Below, piece by piece: positions 1 to 9,150 of a stretch of DNA of 64,000 nucleotides. The notes beneath the pieces were generated by a model. That model searched no databases and was not told the origin of the DNA. It saw nothing but the letters and a program-made list of their open reading frames with translations. Source of the stretch: a virus (taxonomy: Duplodnaviria; Caudoviricetes). How positions within the stretch are numbered: position 1 is the stretch's first letter; each line of letters opens with the position of its first letter. The position numbers were made by a program, and so were the translations under genes. The stretch covers positions 1-64,000 of the IMG/VR virus record IMGVR_UViG_3300030328_002748. One strand, written 5' to 3'.

Positions 1-195
1 AACCTTAACGGATTTAACTTCAACCAAAGTGTCGTAGATGCTAACGGTAAAGTTGTTCCTACATGGGGTGACGTTCTTAACAGAGCAAACCTTGGTATGG
101 AAGTAATGCATGAGCGTAATGCTCACAACTTCCCTCTAGATTTGGCTGCTGCTGAGTCTACTGAAGTTGCACTTATAGCACCTGCTGTAGGTTAG
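1..195 (+). CDS. psbA: Photosystem II D1 protein, C-terminal part (truncated by window start)
   Basis: Frame 1 reads [64 protein letters not shown], the D1 C-terminus. Confidence 0.98.
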   Translation, partial: NLNGFNFNQSVVDANGKVVPTWGDVLNRANLGMEVMHERNAHNFPLDLAAAESTEVALIAPAVG

Positions 196-246
196 GCCAT
201 ATTATTTCGTTTTTTAATTCTAAAAAAGCGGTAAAAAAATCCCTGG
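196..246 (+). repeat. A/T-tract element, copy 1 (copy 2 at 15458-15507)
   Basis: GCCATATTATT..TTTTAATTC.AAAAAAGCG..AAAAAAA..CTGG begins directly after the psbA stop; a similar sequence begins directly after the g32 stop. Confidence 0.7.
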
Positions 247-265
247 CTTTTTTTAACGGCCAGGG

Positions 266-294
266 TTGACATCAAAAGGTTAATGTAATATAAT
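266..294 (+). promoter_or_regulatory. Sigma70-type promoter
   Basis: TTGACA (266-271), 17-nt spacer, TATAAT (289-294): exact consensus. Confidence 0.85.
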
Positions 295-295
295 T

Positions 296-320
296 AAGGG
301 GTCTTCGGATCCCTTTTTTT
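296..320 (+). terminator. Rho-independent terminator, probably for psbA
   Basis: AAGGGGTC-TTCG-GATCCCTT hairpin followed by a T run. Confidence 0.8.
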
Positions 321-408
321 ATGCATTTAGTATTACCAATAATTTGTATTGCCCTGATAACACTTGTTATCGTCTATTCAATTATCCAAAAGTATAATCC
401 TCATTGAT

Positions 409-738
409 ATGAGTAAAGAAGAATACACTAAGATGGATACACAGGGCATGGGAGCACCCATGTCACCTGAAGATCTTAAGAAATGGAAAGCATCACCTGA
501 GTATAAGAAGCAGCAACATAAACCTGCTATTAAAAAACCAATGCGGTTATTTACTGAGACTTATGCTAAGGAGATGAAGATACTTATTAATGAAGTATTA
601 GATGAGAGAGAACATAAGAAGAGATTAAATGGCCCATATGATAATGTTAAACCATTACCACCATCATACTTTGATACTGAACACTTCAAACATTATGTTG
701 GAGAAGAAGAACCACCTTATCAAGATTGGAGCCAATGA
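409..738 (+). CDS. Hypothetical protein
   Basis: ORF track 364..738; ATG at 409 (MSKEEY) is the more likely start. Confidence 0.65.
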   Translation: MSKEEYTKMDTQGMGAPMSPEDLKKWKASPEYKKQQHKPAIKKPMRLFTETYAKEMKILINEVLDEREHKKRLNGPYDNVKPLPPSYFDTEHFKHYVGEEEPPYQDWSQ

Positions 739-941
739 GTGAACATACATTCACATTCACTGAAGAGGAACTCTTATGTCTACAAGTATGTGTACAAAAT
801 GCACCAACACCATATGACATAGGTAGTAAGAAACCCATCAGAGAAAGTATACAAAAGATGATAGGTATTCCACCCAAGATAGAGGTAGAACCATTAAGAA
901 TGCCTAAGTATGATTTAACAAAATACGGAATAACTGATTGA
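735..941 (+). CDS. Hypothetical protein
   Basis: ATGA overlap with the previous stop; ORF track. Confidence 0.65.
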   Translation: MSEHTFTFTEEELLCLQVCVQNAPTPYDIGSKKPIRESIQKMIGIPPKIEVEPLRMPKYDLTKYGITD

Positions 942-1855
942 TTATGAATTATAAAGACTCTGGTGTTGACATAGATGCAGGTAATGCCTTTGTAGAAAGA
1001 CTCATGAAAAAGGCACCTGCTATTGGTGGGTTCGGTGGTATGTTTAGAGTACCTACGGGTTATGAGAAACCTGTATTAGTTTCTGGCACTGATGGTGTTG
1101 GTACTAAAATTAATATGTGTCATGTTTCTAGAGACTATACTACTATTGGTATAGACCTAGTTGCTATGTGTGTTAATGATGTAATTACATGTGGTGCTAA
1201 ACCATTATATTTTTTAGATTATATTTCAACTAAGAAGTTAGATGGTAGAGAAGATAAGATAATGGAAGGTATTATCAAGGGATGTGAGATTGCAGAGATA
1301 GAACTTATTGGTGGAGAGACTGCTGAACATGGTAGGTTTGCTAATGATATTGATCTTGCTGGATTTTGTACTGGTATTGTAGAAGAAAGTGAAATAATTG
1401 ATGGCCGATTAATCAAAGAAGGTGATAAGATTATAGGATTTGCTAGTAGTGGATTGCATAGTAATGGATATAGTTTGATAAATGATATGTTATGGAGACA
1501 TAAGATATACTATAAGGAAACACCTGAGTTACTTACTCCTACTACAATCTATTCTCCTTTAATTAAACAGTTATTGAATGAGGTTCCTATCCTTGGAATG
1601 TCACACATCACTGGTGGAGGACTAGTAGGAAATCTTCCAAGGTGTTTACCTAGAGGATTAAAAGCACATGTTAATTATGATTCTTGGCCAATGCCAGAAA
1701 TCTTTAGTAAGATTATGCTTGCTGGTGAGATACCAGAAGAAGAAATGAAGAAGACTTTTAATTTAGGAATAGGATTTTGTGTTATAGTTCCACCCGATGT
1801 TACTATAGATAGTGACATACCATCATGGGAAATTGGAACCGTACATGGAGGATGA
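938..1855 (+). CDS. purM: AIR synthase (phosphoribosylformylglycinamidine cyclo-ligase)
   Basis: YKDSGVDIDAG, GGFGG, TDGVGTK, DLVAMCVND, GGETAE, SSGLHSNGYS, HITGGG, TFNLGIG motifs. Confidence 0.97.
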   Translation: MIMNYKDSGVDIDAGNAFVERLMKKAPAIGGFGGMFRVPTGYEKPVLVSGTDGVGTKINMCHVSRDYTTIGIDLVAMCVNDVITCGAKPLYFLDYISTKKLDGREDKIMEGIIKGCEIAEIELIGGETAEHGRFANDIDLAGFCTGIVEESEIIDGRLIKEGDKIIGFASSGLHSNGYSLINDMLWRHKIYYKETPELLTPTTIYSPLIKQLLNEVPILGMSHITGGGLVGNLPRCLPRGLKAHVNYDSWPMPEIFSKIMLAGEIPEEEMKKTFNLGIGFCVIVPPDVTIDSDIPSWEIGTVHGG

Positions 1856-1901
1856 TTCTTATTATCAGTATCTAAAGAGGCAACATTATCTTGCAACGCA
1901 C

Positions 1902-2132
1902 ATGGAATTAACTAACAGTAACGTAATAGAAGTACTATCGGAACTTGCTCCATACATAGAAGCGGATGGTGGGTTCCTTGAGTTTGTAGAGATTGAAGAA
2001 GGATATGTTAAAGTGAGATTGGGTGGTGCATGTTCTTCATGTGCTATGAGTTCTATAACCTTGAAACAAGGTATAGAAGCTAAATTAATTCAAGAATTTC
2101 CAGATTGTAATGGAGTGATCCAAGTATTATGA
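1902..2132 (+). CDS. NifU/Nfu C-terminal domain Fe-S cluster carrier
   Basis: LAPYIEADGGFLE...VKVRLGGACSSCAMSSITLKQGIE with the Nfu CxxC motif. Confidence 0.9.
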   Translation: MELTNSNVIEVLSELAPYIEADGGFLEFVEIEEGYVKVRLGGACSSCAMSSITLKQGIEAKLIQEFPDCNGVIQVL

Positions 2133-2287
2133 GAACCCAACGTAAAGAAAACTACTACTATGTTTTCTGGACTGTTGCTATGATTGCTTTCATAGTTCCA
2201 CAGGTCTTTACTGCTTATGCATACATGAGTATTAAACATCTGTTAGACCAACCTATACAAGTTGAGTATGTGAATGAAAAAGATTGA
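2129..2287 (+). CDS. Small membrane protein (52 aa, not in ORF track)
   Basis: MRTQRKENYYYVFWTVAMIAFIVPQVFTAYAY...; ATGA overlap; hydrophobic segment. Confidence 0.6.
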   Translation: MRTQRKENYYYVFWTVAMIAFIVPQVFTAYAYMSIKHLLDQPIQVEYVNEKD

Positions 2288-2453
2288 TACAAAAGAATAC
2301 ATGCAAGATGGTTGGGATAGTTCCCCACATCTAGCAGTTCATCCATACAAACGTGGTTCACTCCATAATAAGGTGGGCATGTGGATCATGTGGACATACT
2401 ATGTGATATTTACAGCTATGGTTGTTAGATTAATTTGGGTATTAAACACATGA
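2274..2453 (+). CDS. Small membrane protein (59 aa, not in ORF track)
   Basis: MKKIDTKEYMQDGWDS...MWIMWTYYVIFTAMVVRLIWVLNT*; fills the gap between neighbours. Confidence 0.55.
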   Translation: MKKIDTKEYMQDGWDSSPHLAVHPYKRGSLHNKVGMWIMWTYYVIFTAMVVRLIWVLNT

Positions 2454-2617
2454 GATTAACTGCTGAAATAATTAAAGAGATACAGTTAGCAATGGTACAT
2501 ACCAAGAAGGATGGTACTGTTAATTGGAAAGATGGTGACGAGATAGATGTCTGTCTCGCTGGTACATTTGCTAATGATAAATTCATTACAATAATCAATC
2601 GATCTAAAGACAAATGA
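2450..2617 (+). CDS. Hypothetical protein
   Basis: MRLTAEIIKEIQLAM...; ATGA overlaps at both ends. Confidence 0.6.
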   Translation: MRLTAEIIKEIQLAMVHTKKDGTVNWKDGDEIDVCLAGTFANDKFITIINRSKDK

Positions 2618-3141
2618 GACTAGGAGTTTTATGTTCTGGGAACGGTTCTAACTTTGAAAATATAGTTCGTTCCTGTAATAAACATGAGGTTGTGTTGATG
2701 ATACACAACAAAAAAGAATGTGGGGCCGCAAAGAGGGCAAATAAATTAGGTATACCTCATTGTTATATTAGTCATAAACATGAAGATCAAATCATTCAAC
2801 TTCTGACAGCATGGAGAGTTGATCTCATAGTTTTGGCTGGATGGATGAGAGTTTTATCTTCCGATTTTATAAAATCATTTAATAAAAAGATAATAAATAT
2901 TCATCCTTCATTACTTCCTAAGTATAAAGGTCTTAATGCCATCGAAAGAGCATTTGAAAATAAGGATGATGTAACTGGATGTACAGTTCATTATGTGACA
3001 GAAGAATTAGATGGCGGTGAAATTATTATGCAAGAAGAAGTTTCTATTCTTGATGATGATACTATAGAATCTCTAACTCAACATATTCATGAGGCAGAGT
3101 ACAGAACATTACCAAAGGCTATAAATTATGTTATCAACTAA
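2614..3141 (+). CDS. purN: Phosphoribosylglycinamide formyltransferase
   Basis: SGNGSN, LAGWMRVL, NIHPSLLPKYKG, TGCTVHYV...LDGG motifs. Confidence 0.97.
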   Translation: MRLGVLCSGNGSNFENIVRSCNKHEVVLMIHNKKECGAAKRANKLGIPHCYISHKHEDQIIQLLTAWRVDLIVLAGWMRVLSSDFIKSFNKKIINIHPSLLPKYKGLNAIERAFENKDDVTGCTVHYVTEELDGGEIIMQEEVSILDDDTIESLTQHIHEAEYRTLPKAINYVIN

Positions 3142-3298
3142 GTATCGCTTGCGTTTAACGGACATATGTTGTAGAATGATAACGACTGATGGGGTAGAAG
3201 TTACTCTTGAGGAAAGAATCTGGCTGAATAAATTATGTGAACATAATTTACATGCTAAAGAGTTAAGAGATTCTTTAATGTGTCCCTACAAAATTTAA
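3128..3298 (+). CDS. Hypothetical protein (56 aa, not in ORF track)
   Basis: MLSTKYRLRLTDICCRM...VTLEERIWLNKL; fills the purN-purC gap. Confidence 0.55.
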   Translation: MLSTKYRLRLTDICCRMITTDGVEVTLEERIWLNKLCEHNLHAKELRDSLMCPYKI

Positions 3299-3300
3299 CT

Positions 3301-4062
3301 ATGAGTGGAGATTCAAAAGATCAACCAAATATTTTTTATACAAAGACAGCACCTTTATTAAATGCTGAATTTTTATTAAGTGAAGGTAAAGTTAAATCCC
3401 TTTATCGTTTAGCTGATGAACCTGAGAAAGTGTATATACATTTTCATGATAAGGTAACTGCTGGTAATGGTAAGAGAGTAGATTTTCCAGAAGGTAAAGG
3501 TAAAGTATGTTGTCTTATCTCTGCATTACTTTTTGAAATGTTAGAGAGTAGAGGCATCAAGACTCACTATCTTGGTACTCAAGGCCTTGATACATTACTT
3601 TGTAAGAAGTTAGACATTGTTCCTATAGAAGTTATCGTAAGAAACATTGCTGCTGGATCAATAGTTAGACAGACTACTTTAGAGGAAGGAACTTTATTAA
3701 ACCCACCTTTGGTAGAATATTATTTGAAAGATGATGCAAAGGATGATCCATTACTTACACCAGACCGTGTAGGATTAATGGGTGTAGATCCTACAACTAT
3801 GAGAGAAATTGCATTGGATGTAAATTTACAGTTCCAAATGTTATTCACCCTTATGGGTATAGACCTAGTAGATTTTAAATTGGAGTTTGGCTATGATTCT
3901 CACGGCAATTTATTCTTGGCTGATGAACTATCACCTGACAACATGCGACTCTGGAGGAAAGGAACAAAGGAGAAGTTTGATAAGGACTTGTTTAGAAAAG
4001 AAGAAGGTGATATAGTGAAGGCATATTCTTACATCCTTGAGGAGATGAGGAAGTTTGTATGA
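3301..4062 (+). CDS. purC: SAICAR synthetase
   Basis: EGKVKSLY, DKVTAGNG, IPIEVIVRNIAAGS-like motif, KDDAKDDP, LVDFKLEFG, LADELSPDNMRLW, DKDLFR. Confidence 0.97.
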   Translation: MSGDSKDQPNIFYTKTAPLLNAEFLLSEGKVKSLYRLADEPEKVYIHFHDKVTAGNGKRVDFPEGKGKVCCLISALLFEMLESRGIKTHYLGTQGLDTLLCKKLDIVPIEVIVRNIAAGSIVRQTTLEEGTLLNPPLVEYYLKDDAKDDPLLTPDRVGLMGVDPTTMREIALDVNLQFQMLFTLMGIDLVDFKLEFGYDSHGNLFLADELSPDNMRLWRKGTKEKFDKDLFRKEEGDIVKAYSYILEEMRKFV

Positions 4063-4235
4063 ACGAACAGATGTTAAAAGATATTCCTAACTGGGAAAAG
4101 GAATATCTTAGGATGGCTACTTCTCTGAATGAGAGGGAGAAGCAACTGCTCAATGGTGCAGAGATTAAATCCCATGAAGGTATGGTTTATGGCCGTATGT
4201 ACGCAGATTGGAAGAGACGAAAAGATTATGAATGA
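4059..4235 (+). CDS. Hypothetical protein (58 aa, not in ORF track)
   Basis: MNEQMLKDIPNWEKEYL...IKSHEGMVYGRMYADWK; ATGA overlap with purC. Confidence 0.6.
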   Translation: MNEQMLKDIPNWEKEYLRMATSLNEREKQLLNGAEIKSHEGMVYGRMYADWKRRKDYE

Positions 4236-4764
4236 TGTTTGGAAGTTTTCTGTAAAGTCCCATGAGGATTTAAAGGAAAAAATTACACCAATAATTGATG
4301 GGTGTAAGTTTGATGTTCAGGATAATGGTACGGATCATTGTCTTGTTACAGATCATAAAGACGCTAACCATCCCAAACCATACTTCAAAGATTTCTATGA
4401 GACGTTAATTAATGATAGGTTCTTTGATGAAGTGGGTGATAGATATCTTTCTAGTGATATTAGGATAAGTCATATCTGGTTTCAAAAGTATCATAAGGAT
4501 GGTGGTCATAGATGGCATACTCATGCATCATCTAATTTTTCTGCGGTATATTTTTTACAATTGTCACAAGAGGGTGACACCACAGAATTTTTTGATATAA
4601 TTGATAGGAAACCATTTAGACCTAGTGCTAAGGAAGGGGATATTTTTGTGTTCCCATCTTACATACCACATAGGTCAAGACTTATTGATACCAATAGGCC
4701 TAAAACTATTATTAGTTTTAATATGGATGTTATAGAGATCGATCTTGAAAAAATAATCTCATGA
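4228..4764 (+). CDS. 2OG-Fe(II) oxygenase family protein
   Basis: WFQKY..GGHRWHTH..FSAVYFL..EGDIFVFPSYIPH..ISFN motifs. Confidence 0.8.
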   Translation: MNDVWKFSVKSHEDLKEKITPIIDGCKFDVQDNGTDHCLVTDHKDANHPKPYFKDFYETLINDRFFDEVGDRYLSSDIRISHIWFQKYHKDGGHRWHTHASSNFSAVYFLQLSQEGDTTEFFDIIDRKPFRPSAKEGDIFVFPSYIPHRSRLIDTNRPKTIISFNMDVIEIDLEKIIS

Positions 4765-5342
4765 GAAAAGATTTAGATTTACTTGATGGGCCAGATCCTA
4801 GTTCTGTTGAGGATGAACCCACTGTCAAGGTAGATATAACCAAGTGTTTTCAAGTTCCTGTAGTTGTTGGAAGTTTATTTGGTTCATATGAACTTGATGT
4901 TCTTAGACAACACATCTTAAACAATAAGGATGTTGAGTATGATGAAGAAAATTATCATACCTATAGTGAAGACACTCCACTACCAGATCATCCAGCGGTG
5001 GATGATATTATCAATAAGATAATGGATGTTATCTATGCTATAGATGGAAGTCCTAGTTTAGGATTGGAGTGTACTAGAAAGTGGGCTCATATACATGAAA
5101 GAAATATGAGTACAGAACTTCATGACCATGAAGAAACATTTGGTGTTGCCTATTATGTTTCTGTTCCTGAAGGATCTGGAGATCTGGTTTTTAAAAGACC
5201 ACATCAGGAACCATTTGTAGTACCACCTAAAGAAGGACAGTTTGTTATTTTTCCTGGCTGGTTAGAACATAAGGTTACAAGACATCATTCAGATGATTTA
5301 AGAATATCCTTGTCTTTTAATTTGAAGGCACATGTGATATAA
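4761..5342 (+). CDS. 2OG-Fe(II) oxygenase family protein
   Basis: HDH..VAYYV..GSGDLVF..EGQFVIFPGWLEHKV..RISLSFN. Confidence 0.85.
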   Translation: MRKDLDLLDGPDPSSVEDEPTVKVDITKCFQVPVVVGSLFGSYELDVLRQHILNNKDVEYDEENYHTYSEDTPLPDHPAVDDIINKIMDVIYAIDGSPSLGLECTRKWAHIHERNMSTELHDHEETFGVAYYVSVPEGSGDLVFKRPHQEPFVVPPKEGQFVIFPGWLEHKVTRHHSDDLRISLSFNLKAHVI

Positions 5343-5365
5343 TTAGTACATAATATACAAATGTA

Positions 5366-6046
5366 ATGGATTTAGCCAAACAATTGAAGGAGGGAACTAA
5401 GAAGTCTCACTCCGCAGCTGAAAATACTAAGTTTGTATCTTCTTTTCTTAAGGGAGTACTTAGTGAAGACAATTATAAACAACTAGTCTCTGATTTCTAT
5501 TTCGTTTATCGTGCGATGGAGGAAGAGGTTAGTAAGTTGGATGATGATAGAGTTGTTGGGCCTATTAATTTTAAAGAATTGTATAGAGTAAATGCTCTTG
5601 AAAGGGATTTGAGATATTATTATGGCCCTATTTGGAGAACTCATATAACCCCTACCGAATCATGTCAACAGTATGTGAATCGCATACGTGAGGTAGCTAA
5701 GAACGATCCTTATCTGTTAGTTGGTCATCACTACACAAGATACCTTGGTGACTTGTCTGGTGGACAGATACTTAAAGGTATTGCTGAGAAGGCATTGGAT
5801 CTTCCTAAAGGAGAGGGGTTATATTTTTATGACTTTGAACATATAGATAATACTAAACAGTTCAAAACAAAATACAGGAATCGATTGGATTCATTACCTG
5901 TTGATCAATCAATGGCTAATGCCATTGTCACGGAGGCCAATTATGCTTTCCGTTTAAACATGTATATGTTTGATGAGATTCAGGGGGATGGTAATAAAGC
6001 TTTCTGGCATTTAATTGTAGGATTTATTAAGGACTTATTTTCATGA
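5366..6046 (+). CDS. ho1: Heme oxygenase
   Basis: LKEGTKKSHSAAENT, HHYTRYLGDLSGGQIL, EANYAFRLNMYMF. Confidence 0.97.
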   Translation: MDLAKQLKEGTKKSHSAAENTKFVSSFLKGVLSEDNYKQLVSDFYFVYRAMEEEVSKLDDDRVVGPINFKELYRVNALERDLRYYYGPIWRTHITPTESCQQYVNRIREVAKNDPYLLVGHHYTRYLGDLSGGQILKGIAEKALDLPKGEGLYFYDFEHIDNTKQFKTKYRNRLDSLPVDQSMANAIVTEANYAFRLNMYMFDEIQGDGNKAFWHLIVGFIKDLFS

Positions 6047-6243
6047 GAGAACAACTAATTAAAGCACTCCTTGCTCATGCTCAGGGAGACATTGCAAAAC
6101 ATAAAGCAAATGTTGAGGTGTACTTGACTAATCCTGTTGGAATTGGCGAACACTCCAACATAGTTGAAGCAATAGAAGAAGAATTAAATATGATTGCTAA
6201 GTATCAAGATCAGATAGATGTTATCCAAAAGTATTTTAAATAA
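6043..6243 (+). CDS. Conserved phage hypothetical protein
   Basis: NVEVYLTNPVGIGEH motif; ATGA overlap. Confidence 0.75.
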   Translation: MREQLIKALLAHAQGDIAKHKANVEVYLTNPVGIGEHSNIVEAIEEELNMIAKYQDQIDVIQKYFK

Positions 6244-6244
6244 C

Positions 6245-6415
6245 ATGGAAGAAAATCCTTATTGGGGTGAACCTACACCCACTGATCTTTGGGATGACAT
6301 GAAAAAATTAGATGACCTCTATGAAAAACTTGATTGGGATCATAGAGATCTATTAGAGTTTAAAGTAGAAGGTAATCATATTACAATTAGAAACAGATCG
6401 AGAGAGGGCAGATGA
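6245..6415 (+). CDS. Hypothetical protein
   Basis: MEENPYWGEPTPTDLW...; ORF track. Confidence 0.65.
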   Translation: MEENPYWGEPTPTDLWDDMKKLDDLYEKLDWDHRDLLEFKVEGNHITIRNRSREGR

Positions 6416-7044
6416 TTTTTAATGATGTATGGAGTGATTACATTAATGTTCTAAGAGATAGGTTGGGTCTATTAGATGGAGAGTCATCTAACTGGGCCAG
6501 ATGGACGGGCAAGAACATTGAATTAGAGGCAACGATTCATACCCCCAAATACTGTCTTAAGTCCCGTGAGGTGACGATATGGAACACTAAAGGGACTTGC
6601 ATTTATAATAATATCATTTACCCTAAGACAGGGGCCAATTTGCCATGTTTTGGGGTGGATCTGATGATGTTCTTTCCGAAGAAAGTAGTTCTTACTTTTG
6701 ACTTCCAACATCCGAAAGAGAACTATCCTTTTTCAGTGGAAGGATTGCCTAAATGTGAAGGTGATATTAGATTCTTTGAGCCTGGTAATCACTTTTCTGA
6801 TAACTTATATGTACGGAAATGTACTATGGAAGGGATCAATGATTATCTAGAAGATTTTACAAAATATGTCGAAACCTTTGCAGATATGTTGTACTGTAAA
6901 AAACCTGAAGGACTAGATACAACTGAATATACTGATTTTGATCAGTACATGACTAAGTTAGATCCAGTTGCCGGTTATTTGGCCAACAATTTCGGAAAAG
7001 AAAAATCTGAAAAGTTTGTAAATGAATTTTTATTCTCTTATTGA
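6412..7044 (+). CDS. pebS: Phycoerythrobilin synthase (ferredoxin-dependent bilin reductase)
   Basis: IYPKTGANLPCFGVDL, FDFQHP, RFFEPGNHFS, FDQYMTKLDPV match recalled cyanophage PebS; near ho1. Confidence 0.9.
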   Translation: MIFNDVWSDYINVLRDRLGLLDGESSNWARWTGKNIELEATIHTPKYCLKSREVTIWNTKGTCIYNNIIYPKTGANLPCFGVDLMMFFPKKVVLTFDFQHPKENYPFSVEGLPKCEGDIRFFEPGNHFSDNLYVRKCTMEGINDYLEDFTKYVETFADMLYCKKPEGLDTTEYTDFDQYMTKLDPVAGYLANNFGKEKSEKFVNEFLFSY

Positions 7045-7045
7045 C

Positions 7046-7282
7046 ATGAACTTTACTGTCTATTCTAAGGATGGATGTCCTTATTGTGAGATGATAAAAC
7101 AGATCTTTGTTGGTAAAGATCTTCAGTTTATAGAATATAAATTAGAACAAAACTTTACAAAACAACAATTCTACGATGAGTTTGGTGAAGGGGCCACCTT
7201 CCCACAAATAACTTTGGATGGTGAGAAACTTGGAGGATGTACTGATACAGTTCAGCACCTACGAGAAAAAAAAGTTATCTAG
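7046..7282 (+). CDS. nrdC: Glutaredoxin
   Basis: YSKDGCPYC, TFPQI, GGCTD. Confidence 0.93.
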   Translation: MNFTVYSKDGCPYCEMIKQIFVGKDLQFIEYKLEQNFTKQQFYDEFGEGATFPQITLDGEKLGGCTDTVQHLREKKVI

Positions 7283-7284
7283 AA

Positions 7285-7656
7285 ATGGAAATAGCCCTCT
7301 CCTATATTGTTGAGGATGCTTTGGATGATGCCTTTACTAGAGATGTTTACACCTTGAATATGTACCACCTTCTTAAGTCACAGAAGGTTACAAAGGCAGA
7401 ATTGTTAGAACTTCAAGAGTCCTCAACTATTTCAGAAATCTCTTCAGTCATAGAAGAGTTAGAATTATATCTTGAAGGAGGTGACGATAACGAACACAAA
7501 CAAATTAGAGAAGGTTACGGTCACTTAGGTAAACCGAAAGCCCGAAAGATAAAAAACTATTTGTGTGGTATAATAGATGATGTGTTACAGTATGAACAAG
7601 ACAAAAAACCTGGCAGAAAGAAAGGTTCAAAGAATCGGCCTAAACTTTCTAAATAA
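7285..7656 (+). CDS. Conserved cyanophage hypothetical protein
   Basis: QIREGYGHLGKPKARKIKNYL; ORF track. Confidence 0.75.
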   Translation: MEIALSYIVEDALDDAFTRDVYTLNMYHLLKSQKVTKAELLELQESSTISEISSVIEELELYLEGGDDNEHKQIREGYGHLGKPKARKIKNYLCGIIDDVLQYEQDKKPGRKKGSKNRPKLSK

Positions 7657-7680
7657 ATTCAGCGCCATCGGAGCTTTAAG

Positions 7681-7917
7681 ATGTTAGCAATCTCTTTAAC
7701 TTTCGGTGCCCTCTTTGCAATAGGAGGCACTATTCTTGGTTTTATGTTAGGATGGTTTCTTAATGATAAGTATTCTTCTTATCTGGAATTGAAACACGCA
7801 CAGGTTGCCACTCATCCAGAAATGTATGATACTGAAGGTAACTTAATAACCCAAGAATTAACAGCGGTCAAGGTTGTTCTTGATACGCATGATTACTTAT
7901 TTGACGATGAAGATTAA
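7681..7917 (+). CDS. Hypothetical membrane protein
   Basis: N-terminal TM helix; HPEMYD motif. Confidence 0.75.
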   Translation: MLAISLTFGALFAIGGTILGFMLGWFLNDKYSSYLELKHAQVATHPEMYDTEGNLITQELTAVKVVLDTHDYLFDDED

Positions 7918-7922
7918 TTACT

Positions 7923-8399
7923 ATGCCTGCAACTAAATCAAAGACAACTACTAATACTAAATTACCACCCAATCCTCTGTTAACAGAGGTATTGGCTCAT
8001 GTTTCTAAACAGAGAACTAGGGCCAAGAAAATTGAGGTGCTGAAAGAATATCGTACTGATGCATTACTTGCTATTCTAGTATGGAATTTTGAAGCAGTAA
8101 GTATGTTACCTGATGGACAAGTACCATACACTCCTAATGAGGCACCTGCTGGTACACAACATCAACAACTCTCTCAAGAGTATAAAAAATTATATCACTT
8201 TGTTAAAGGTGGTAATGATGCATTGAAACCTTTACGTAGAGAGAGTATGTTTATTCAACTCCTTGAAGGCCTTCATATGGATGAAGCGAATCTTTTATGT
8301 CTAGTTAAGGATAGAAGGTTAGCAGAACAGTATCCTAAAATCAAATTGGATATAGTTAAGGAAGCCTATCCTGATGTTAAATGGGGTTGGCGCCAATGA
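7923..8399 (+). CDS. Conserved T4-like hypothetical protein
   Basis: LPDGQVPY..RRESMFIQLLEGLHMDEA motif. Confidence 0.8.
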   Translation: MPATKSKTTTNTKLPPNPLLTEVLAHVSKQRTRAKKIEVLKEYRTDALLAILVWNFEAVSMLPDGQVPYTPNEAPAGTQHQQLSQEYKKLYHFVKGGNDALKPLRRESMFIQLLEGLHMDEANLLCLVKDRRLAEQYPKIKLDIVKEAYPDVKWGWRQ

Positions 8400-8740
8400 C
8401 GGACGATAAGGAAAAGAAAGAAGATAATCAGGCAGTAAAAGTTAAACCTCCCGTATCTCAAGAACAAGTTGAGAAGATAGAGTCGTATGGTTTAAGAGTA
8501 ATTCATACTAATTGCAAACCTGAAACGGCACAAGACGGAACCCTACCAACTGACAGTCAGCTTTTGACATTAAAGAAAGATGACACAGTTTGGTATGATA
8601 TTGTGAAGGGGTTTAGATCAAATATATTTGATGCCTATTATGATACAATGGGTGGAGTCATACAAAAGATGGACTTCACTAATGGTAAAATAAGTGCCAA
8701 ACTCTGGGGTTCAGTTCCTAAAAAACCAAAAAGAAAATGA
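8396..8740 (+). CDS. Hypothetical protein
   Basis: ATGA overlap; IFDAYYD motif. Confidence 0.7.
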   Translation: MTDDKEKKEDNQAVKVKPPVSQEQVEKIESYGLRVIHTNCKPETAQDGTLPTDSQLLTLKKDDTVWYDIVKGFRSNIFDAYYDTMGGVIQKMDFTNGKISAKLWGSVPKKPKRK

Positions 8741-9099
8741 CAGAAGAACAAGAAGAATTTGAAATCAAAGACCTCGCTTCAGAAGAATTTGATTATCTAG
8801 AACCTGAAGGAAAAGGAATGGTGGGAGATGTCTCTAAAGATGAGGCTTCCACTGGTTCTAAGAGTAAGAACTGGACACATAAGACTGCTGAGTATGGGCC
8901 TTCTGCTAAGACTAAAGAAGAACTGGAGGCAGAACATTCTTTAACTACTGAACAGAAACAGGAAATAGTACAGACAGTTGCTAAACAGTATAAAAAACTA
9001 AAGAAATATAAGAAATCAAACATGAGAATTATCAATCAACTCAGTGGTAAGAAGGATATAATTGACAGATTGATAGACGAATATAAAACTGTATCATAA
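8737..9099 (+). CDS. Hypothetical protein
   Basis: ORF track; ATGA overlap. Confidence 0.7.
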   Translation: MTEEQEEFEIKDLASEEFDYLEPEGKGMVGDVSKDEASTGSKSKNWTHKTAEYGPSAKTKEELEAEHSLTTEQKQEIVQTVAKQYKKLKKYKKSNMRIINQLSGKKDIIDRLIDEYKTVS

Positions 9100-9104
9100 A
9101 TTAC
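9091..9104. promoter_or_regulatory. Putative NtcA box
   Basis: GTA-TCATAAAT-TAC (GTA-N8-TAC), upstream of TTGCCT-N17-TACTAT (9113-9141) and a glutamine riboswitch. Confidence 0.55.
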
Positions 9105-9150
9105 AAAACTACTTGCCTATATAATGAAAGTGTGTTACTATACACACATA

